Source of the DNA: Thiotrichaceae bacterium UBA7357
GTDB taxonomy: Bacteria > Pseudomonadota > Gammaproteobacteria > Eutrophobiales > Eutrophobiaceae
Direction of reading: 5' to 3'
Length of the DNA stretch: 64,000 nucleotides
Assembly: GCA_002470825.1 (NCBI GenBank)
Contig: DKOR01000014.1
Coordinates: 7,021-71,020 of the forward strand
Below are positions 61,491-64,000 of the stretch, in pieces; position 1 is the stretch's first letter; every line of letters begins with the position of its first letter. Below the pieces are notes generated by a model. It was not told the origin of the DNA, searched no databases, and saw only the letters and a program-made list of their open reading frames with translations. The position numbers and the translations under genes were made by a program.

Positions 61491-61883
61491 TTATTTTTTA
61501 TTCTTTACACCATAGTTAAAGCTTCCAGCATCACGACTTATCATTTGTATCCTAAAACTATCAGGTTTCATATTCTTAGTGATAACGTGCGCTGCTTTTT
61601 CAGTTTCACAATCACCACACATAAAAACATCGAATGCAGCATAGTTCTTTTCTGGCCAAGTGTGCACTGTAATATGAGATTCAGTGAGTACTAATACACC
61701 TGTTATGCCACATCCTTCTCCGAAATGGTGAAAGTTGGATGACAGCACAGTAGCGTTTGCTGCATGGGCTGCTGAATGAAGTAATTTGAGCATTTCCTGC
61801 TCATCAAAATGTGACACTGCCCCTTTACAATCGATGATTGCGTGCTTACCAGGAGCATACATATTATTTCTTATAATCGACAT
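61491..61883 (-). CDS. speD: S-adenosylmethionine decarboxylase proenzyme, small class 1A (SpeH/PA4773-like)
   Basis: The 130 aa protein has the self-cleavage site LTESH (Glu-Ser) and a conserved HTWPE motif (HITVHTWPEKNYAAFDVFMCGD). Confidence 0.8.
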   Translation of the reverse strand: MSIIRNNMYAPGKHAIIDCKGAVSHFDEQEMLKLLHSAAHAANATVLSSNFHHFGEGCGITGVLVLTESHITVHTWPEKNYAAFDVFMCGDCETEKAAHVITKNMKPDSFRIQMISRDAGSFNYGVKNKK

Positions 61884-61969
61884 ATTATGTTTATATTAAA
61901 TATATCAGTTTGCATATTAAAAGATCATAATTAAACTAAATCGATAATAATTTTAAAATATATGACTGT

Positions 61970-62233
61970 ATGAAAAGTAAAAAAACTATCGCGCAAGGAC
62001 TCGTCAACCGAGAAAAAAAAGTGAGCCGATACCTGAAACTAAGAAAAAAACTTCGCGTATTATCATTTGAGGAAATCTCCAAACGATTAAAATTAATAGA
62101 CATTATTCAAAGCCGAGAGAACCTAAGTAATAAGTTCCAGACGGGCAGAATAAGCGCCTCATTGTTCTTTTCTATCCTTGAGGTCATGAATGAAGAATCC
62201 GTTGACCTAAATGATTTAAATAAATCAATATAG
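61970..62233 (+). CDS. small Xre/Cro-like HTH protein (tentative), divergent from the speD-led operon
   Basis: 87 aa with the pattern LRKKLRVLSFEEISKRLKL…SRENLSNKFQTGRISASLFFSILEVM, consistent with a Cro/C1-type HTH. There is no clear Shine-Dalgarno sequence. Confidence 0.35.
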   Translation: MKSKKTIAQGLVNREKKVSRYLKLRKKLRVLSFEEISKRLKLIDIIQSRENLSNKFQTGRISASLFFSILEVMNEESVDLNDLNKSI

Positions 62234-62409
62234 TCGCTTTTTTTCGGTAATCAAGCGCTTTCATCATAACATTATTCCCGTTATAAGTTTTGAAACCTTT
62301 GATAAATCTCATTACCAAAAGAAGTACGCAGATGACGCTCTTTTCGCACCTTATAAATGACAATCTATAGTTCAATATTGCTAGTATTTATCGTTAAAAT
62401 CCACACAAG

Positions 62410-62485
62410 TGGTGCCGGAAAGAGGATTCGAACCTCCGACCTACTATTTACGAAACAGTTGCTCTACCAACTGAGCTATTCCGGC
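62410..62485 (-). tRNA. tRNA-Thr (anticodon CGU)
   Basis: The reverse complement folds as a canonical 76-nt cloverleaf: GCCGGAA acceptor, GCUC/GAGC D-stem, ACUGU-UUCGUAA-AUAGU anticodon arm with CGU at positions 34-36, GGAGG-UUCGAAU-CCUCU T-arm, and an encoded CCA. Confidence 0.9.
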
Positions 62486-62508
62486 ATTTTGTAAAAATAT
62501 GAGAAAAA

Positions 62509-62949
62509 TTACATCGAATTTTTTACTCGAACAACCACATCAATACCCGATTGCACTGTGTTTTCAGGTAATGATGATTTTGGGTTTAAGCTCATTTCGT
62601 CAATTTCAAAATCAGATAGTTCACCCGTATCTTCATTGTAAAAATGGTGATGATGCGAGGTATTAGAATCATAAAAAATCTTTGTTGGATCAATACTAAC
62701 TTCTCGAATCAATCCTTTCTCAACAAAAAGATTCAATGTGTTATAAACAGTTGCCTTTGAGACATGCACACCACTTTCATTAACAAATGCGAGGACTTTG
62801 TCTGCTGACAAATGTTGAGGTTTATTCAACATTACTTTAGCAATCTCATTTCTCTGAAACGTAGGATTGATATCGCATTTGAGTAATTTCACCTTTATGT
62901 GATTTTCGCTGTCCTTCATAAAATCCTGTTTGTTGATCTTTTCACTCAT
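62509..62949 (-). CDS. Fur-family transcriptional regulator
   Basis: It has an N-terminal winged helix and a Fur-like DNA-binding region (RNEIAKVMLNKPQHLSADKVLAFV…SKATVYNTLNLFVEKGLI). A His-rich HHHH motif is present and the C-terminus lacks Cys. The probable start is MSEKINK. Confidence 0.75.
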   Translation of the reverse strand: MSEKINKQDFMKDSENHIKVKLLKCDINPTFQRNEIAKVMLNKPQHLSADKVLAFVNESGVHVSKATVYNTLNLFVEKGLIREVSIDPTKIFYDSNTSHHHHFYNEDTGELSDFEIDEMSLNPKSSLPENTVQSGIDVVVRVKNSM

Positions 62950-63010
62950 AAGAAAATTATAATAGAGGCTAATAGCAAAGTGGAAATGATACAACTCAGA
63001 TTATCATTTA

Positions 63011-64000
63011 TCACGCTATTTCAGCTGAATTTGTCTGCCTATTAAGAGAAAACTCATCGATCTCCATAAACGAAGAATCGCCAGCAAACATATCCGCTAG
63101 TAATAATGCCGATGAAGGTCCCTGAAGTATTCCCTTCCGAAAATGTCCTGTATTGAAATAGAGATTTTTAAAATTTGGGACCGAACCGATAAATGGTTTT
63201 TCAGTATCTGTCGAAGGACGTAAACCAGACCAATGCTTTACTAGCGTTGCATTTTTGAGCGTAGGCCAAACAGTAACAGCCCAGCTTTGAAGCTCTTGCT
63301 GCGCAGTCATTGTCGTTTCTTTATTAAAACCAATGTCTTCCATGGTGCTGCCAATCAACACATGTCCATCTTGCCTCGGAATCAAGTAATGGCCACCATC
63401 CAATATTATTGTCTGTAATACCGATTCAATAGGTTTAACACAGATCATCTGCCCATGGATGGGTTTAATATTCATATCAATACACTTGTCTCCTAGTACG
63501 CATTTACTCCAGGCACCAGCAGTAATAATCACTGATTCAGCAGATAGCTCACCACCTTTATATTCTACTTTTTCACACCGACCAGCAGATATGACAAACT
63601 TATTAATAGTTGTATTTTCATAAAGTGAAACCGATAATTTTTTTAAGCTTTCACGCAGTGCCGTTAATAATCTGGGTGGTCTAATTTGTGCAATTTCGGG
63701 GAGTAAAATAACCTGATCAGGAAGGGTTATATTAGCATGCAGATTTTCCATTTTTTCTATTACTTTTATACACTTACTGCGTGCCCAATGATTTATGTCG
63801 TTAACATGCTCCGCTTCTATGATAACAAGTCCTGATTTTACGTATTCAGGGTCAATACCTGCCTCGTTAATTAATGCTTCTATAAAGCTTGGATAATGTA
63901 ATTTGCCATGCTCAGACAACTCAGCAGACGACGAGTTTTCTGTCCATGGGCGCATTGAAGATAGTATCCCGCCTGCCGCCCAACTTGCTTCTTTGCCCAA
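63011..64000 (-). CDS. FAD-dependent oxidoreductase (glycine oxidase ThiO / D-amino-acid oxidase-like), N-terminally truncated by window edge
   Basis: The frame is open to position 64000. DAO-family C-terminal motifs are present (GLRPSTDTEKPFIG, FNTGHFRKGILQGP). Confidence 0.7.
   Translation of the reverse strand: MGKEASWAAGGILSSMRPWTENSSSAELSEHGKLHYPSFIEALINEAGIDPEYVKSGLVIIEAEHVNDINHWARSKCIKVIEKMENLHANITLPDQVILLPEIAQIRPPRLLTALRESLKKLSVSLYENTTINKFVISAGRCEKVEYKGGELSAESVIITAGAWSKCVLGDKCIDMNIKPIHGQMICVKPIESVLQTIILDGGHYLIPRQDGHVLIGSTMEDIGFNKETTMTAQQELQSWAVTVWPTLKNATLVKHWSGLRPSTDTEKPFIGSVPNFKNLYFNTGHFRKGILQGPSSALLLADMFAGDSSFMEIDEFSLNRQTNSAEIA

Noticed and set aside
62410-62485. Genomic island integrated at the tRNA-Thr gene
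   Set aside because: There is no integrase, no direct repeat of the tRNA 3' end and no obvious compositional change. The flanking genes look like core metabolism.

Overview
This 64 kb window looks like chromosomal DNA from an AT-rich gammaproteobacterium (about 38-40% GC by eye; marine or Alteromonadales-like by gene content). It is densely coded. There are no transposases, integrases, CRISPR arrays or rRNA; one tRNA-Thr(CGU) sits at 62.4 kb. All calls rest on reading the supplied six-frame translations and the raw sequence; no searches were run, so family names are recollections and are flagged where shaky.

Content in order:
- ampD followed by frame-broken ORF fragments; then an egtC-egtB-like pair (ergothioneine-type sulfoxide synthase and amidohydrolase).
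- Na:alanine/glycine symporter, nadC, a TonB-dependent receptor, and a MatB-like CoA ligase.
- A propionate/2-methylcitrate cluster: prpE, ppsA, ppsR, prpC, prpB, a GntR regulator with two ATTGTTGACAAT operator-like palindromes, and an AtoE transporter.
- GST, a GFA-family protein, and 3-oxoacid CoA-transferase A/B.
- A four-gene envelope module (DUF1302, DUF1329, BNR/Ycf48-like propeller, RND/MMPL exporter) transcribed divergently from a GAF-type sigma-54 activator.
- An eight-gene operon for an ATP-dependent ketone carboxylase of the acetophenone-carboxylase type (two HyuA-like subunits, a small zinc-finger gamma subunit, HyuB, and a tightly coupled unknown protein), plus acyl-CoA ligase, SCP-x-type thiolase and an MDR dehydrogenase.
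- An enone-reductase-like oxidoreductase, monomeric isocitrate dehydrogenase, a second GST with a decayed GST fragment beside it, and a pterin cluster (folB/X-like, folE, folM plus an unknown).
- Glutathione peroxidase.
- A ten-gene co-directional locus joining small AdoMetDC, a YjfM-like lipoprotein, tandem DUF350, a membrane-anchored spermidine-synthase homolog, YjfI-like, PspA/IM30 (YjfJ-like), YjfK-like, an unknown ORF, an RCK-type K+ channel and a rhomboid protease.
- An Xre-like small ORF, tRNA-Thr, a Fur-family regulator and a truncated FAD oxidoreductase.

The most interesting candidates are the polyamine/PspA-like/K+ channel/rhomboid locus, the Apc-like ketone carboxylase catabolic operon, and the DUF1302/DUF1329/BNR/RND module with its sigma-54 activator.
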